DNA from: an uncultured Gammaproteobacteria bacterium
Lineage (GTDB): Bacteria; Patescibacteriota; Patescibacteriia; Patescibacteriales; UBA12465
DNA: 45,496 nucleotides
Direction of reading: 5' to 3'
NCBI GenBank assembly: GCA_964522055.1
Contig: CAZFUP010000003.1
Span: 1 to 45,496, forward strand
Position 1 is the stretch's first letter; the number at the start of each line of letters is the position of its first letter. Below the pieces are notes generated by a model. It worked only from the letters and a program-made list of their open reading frames with translations, was not told where the DNA came from and made no database searches. The position numbers were made by a program, and so were the translations under genes. Below, piece after piece: positions 43,844-45,496 of this stretch.

Positions 43844-45496
43844 ATGTCTATTTCAAAAAAAGAAAAAAAGATGATTAACTCAAAAGTTACTCCTAAATTT
43901 ATTTTTGTTGTTGGCGGAGTAATGTCTGGTGTAGGGAAGGGTGTAACAACTGCTTCAATCGGCCAAATTCTACAAGCACATGGTTATAGGGTTAGCGCTA
44001 TTAAAATGGATCCATATATTAACGTTGATGCCGGAACCATGAATCCAGTTGAGCATGGTGAGGTTTTTGTAACAGCTGATGGGGATGAAACTGATCAAGA
44101 TATTGGTAACTATGAAAGATTTTTAGGGCGAGATATATATAAAGATAATTACATGACTACTGGCCGTATATATCAAACTGTTATCGCTCGGGAAAGAAAT
44201 TTAGAATATAAAGGAAAATGCGTTCAAGTAGTTCCACATATTCCACAGGAGATAAGGAGTCGGATTGAAAAAGCTGTAGAAAAGACTCAGGCAGAAATAA
44301 TGATAATAGAAGTAGGCGGAACTGTCGGAGAATATGAAAACCTTTTATTTTTAGAAGCAGCTCGGGTAATGAAATTATTTGCCCCTAAAGATGTTCTTTT
44401 TGTAATGGTTTCATATCTGCCAATTCCTAATAAAATAGGAGAGATGAAGACTAAGCCAACTCAACACGCTGTTCGTAATTTACAATCAGCTGGAATACAG
44501 CCCGATTTCATTATTGCTCGTAGTGAAAAGCCAATTGATATGATACGTCGGGAAAAATTGTCCATAAATTGTAATGTGCCACTAGAAGCAGTTATCTGTG
44601 CTCCTGATGTTGATTCTATCTATGATATTCCTTTAAATTTTGAAAAAGATAATTTAGGAAAAATAATTTTAGAAAAATTTTCTTTACCCGATAAAAAGAA
44701 AAAAGATGCTAATTTAGCTTGGAAAAAAATGGTTTTAGCTTCTAAAACTAAAAGTCCAGAAATTAATGTTGGGATTGTTGGTAAATATTTTTCCAGTGGC
44801 GATTTTAACTTTAGTGATTCCTATATTTCAGTAATTGAAGCAGTCAAGCATGCCTCCGCCTTTAATCATGTAAAGACTAAATTGCATTGGTTGGGAGCGG
44901 AGGAGTTGGAGAAAAAAGGTGCGCAGATATTAAAGAAAATGGATGGCGTTATTGTCCCGCAAGGCTGGGGTTCACGCGGTTCAGAAGGGAAGATAAAAGC
45001 AATTAAGTATTGTCGGGAAAATAAATTACCTTATTTTGGTCTTTGCTATGGTATGCAAATGGCAGTGATTGAATTTGCTCGTAATGTGGCTGGCCTTAAA
45101 GATGCTAATTCGGCTGAAATTAATTCTAAAACAAAAAATCCAGTTATTCATATTATGCCTGGGCAGGAAAAACTAATAGCTGAAAAAGGTTATGGCGGAA
45201 CTATTCGACTTGGGGCTTGGCCTTGCAAGATAGCACCTAACACTAATCTAGCTAAGGCTTATGGGAAGTTTAGTAAGTACAAAACAATTGAAGAGCGTCA
45301 TCGCCATCGTTATGAATTTAATAATGATTATAGGGATATTTTTGAAAAACTTGGTTTAATCGTAGCAGGAACCTCGCCAAATGGGGAAATAGTTGAAGCA
45401 GTGGAAATAAAAAATCATCCTTTCTTCATCGGTGTACAATTCCATCCCGAATATATTTCTCGGCCACTTTCTCCGCATCCATTATTTGTGGAATTT
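43844..45496 (+). CDS. pyrG: CTP synthase (3'-truncated at the window edge)
   Basis: Missing from the ORF track because there is no stop in the window. KFIFVVGGVMSGVGKG, DPYINVDAGTMNP.EHGEVFV, KTKPTQ, GLCYGMQ, ERHRHRYE, GVQFHPE. Alternative start ATG 43871. Confidence 0.97.
   Translation, partial: MSISKKEKKMINSKVTPKFIFVVGGVMSGVGKGVTTASIGQILQAHGYRVSAIKMDPYINVDAGTMNPVEHGEVFVTADGDETDQDIGNYERFLGRDIYKDNYMTTGRIYQTVIARERNLEYKGKCVQVVPHIPQEIRSRIEKAVEKTQAEIMIIEVGGTVGEYENLLFLEAARVMKLFAPKDVLFVMVSYLPIPNKIGEMKTKPTQHAVRNLQSAGIQPDFIIARSEKPIDMIRREKLSINCNVPLEAVICAPDVDSIYDIPLNFEKDNLGKIILEKFSLPDKKKKDANLAWKKMVLASKTKSPEINVGIVGKYFSSGDFNFSDSYISVIEAVKHASAFNHVKTKLHWLGAEELEKKGAQILKKMDGVIVPQGWGSRGSEGKIKAIKYCRENKLPYFGLCYGMQMAVIEFARNVAGLKDANSAEINSKTKNPVIHIMPGQEKLIAEKGYGGTIRLGAWPCKIAPNTNLAKAYGKFSKYKTIEERHRHRYEFNNDYRDIFEKLGLIVAGTSPNGEIVEAVEIKNHPFFIGVQFHPEYISRPLSPHPLFVEF

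Noticed and set aside
1-45496. Alternative genetic code (UGA=Gly) or selenocysteine readthrough
   Set aside because: Conserved genes are full length under code 11, and TGA ends cysS and the GT4 gene at the expected positions.
1-45496. CRISPR arrays, IS elements, prophage, rRNA or tRNA genes
   Set aside because: No spaced direct repeats, no transposase, integrase or phage genes, and no RNA-gene signatures seen; intergenic gaps are short.

Overview
Strongly AT-rich, gene-dense bacterial chromosomal segment read with the standard code (TGA ends cysS and the GT4 gene). Several features point to a Patescibacteria/CPR organism, probably Parcubacteria/ABY1 (Falkowbacteria-like); this is an inference. 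They include a cut-down dcw cluster, a half-length TsaB, CPR-type hypothetical families and no visible Shine-Dalgarno sites. Most genes are housekeeping: cysS, dus, tsaB, mraZ-rsmH-ftsL-ftsI-murF, rmlD/rmlA plus glycosyltransferases, tgt, rlmN, sodB, rpsB-tsf, ricT, gap, cca, iscS-iscU, secE-nusG-rplK-rplA, rsmI, cvpA, tsaC, ctpA and a partial pyrG. I saw no tRNA, rRNA, CRISPR array or mobile element. The most notable locus is an apparent single transcription unit (about 28.5-36.2 kb). It links GAPDH to a minimal NuoF/HydB-like flavoprotein and a complete group A [FeFe]-hydrogenase, with no HydC/NuoE subunit and no HydEFG maturases, and ends in iscS-iscU. Other unusual items are a TGT that has lost all four structural zinc ligands and has a remodelled base pocket, a stand-alone sigma70-region-4/HARE-HTH fusion protein, and several structured leaders (rpsB, an L1 site, the RRM gene, secE-nusG).
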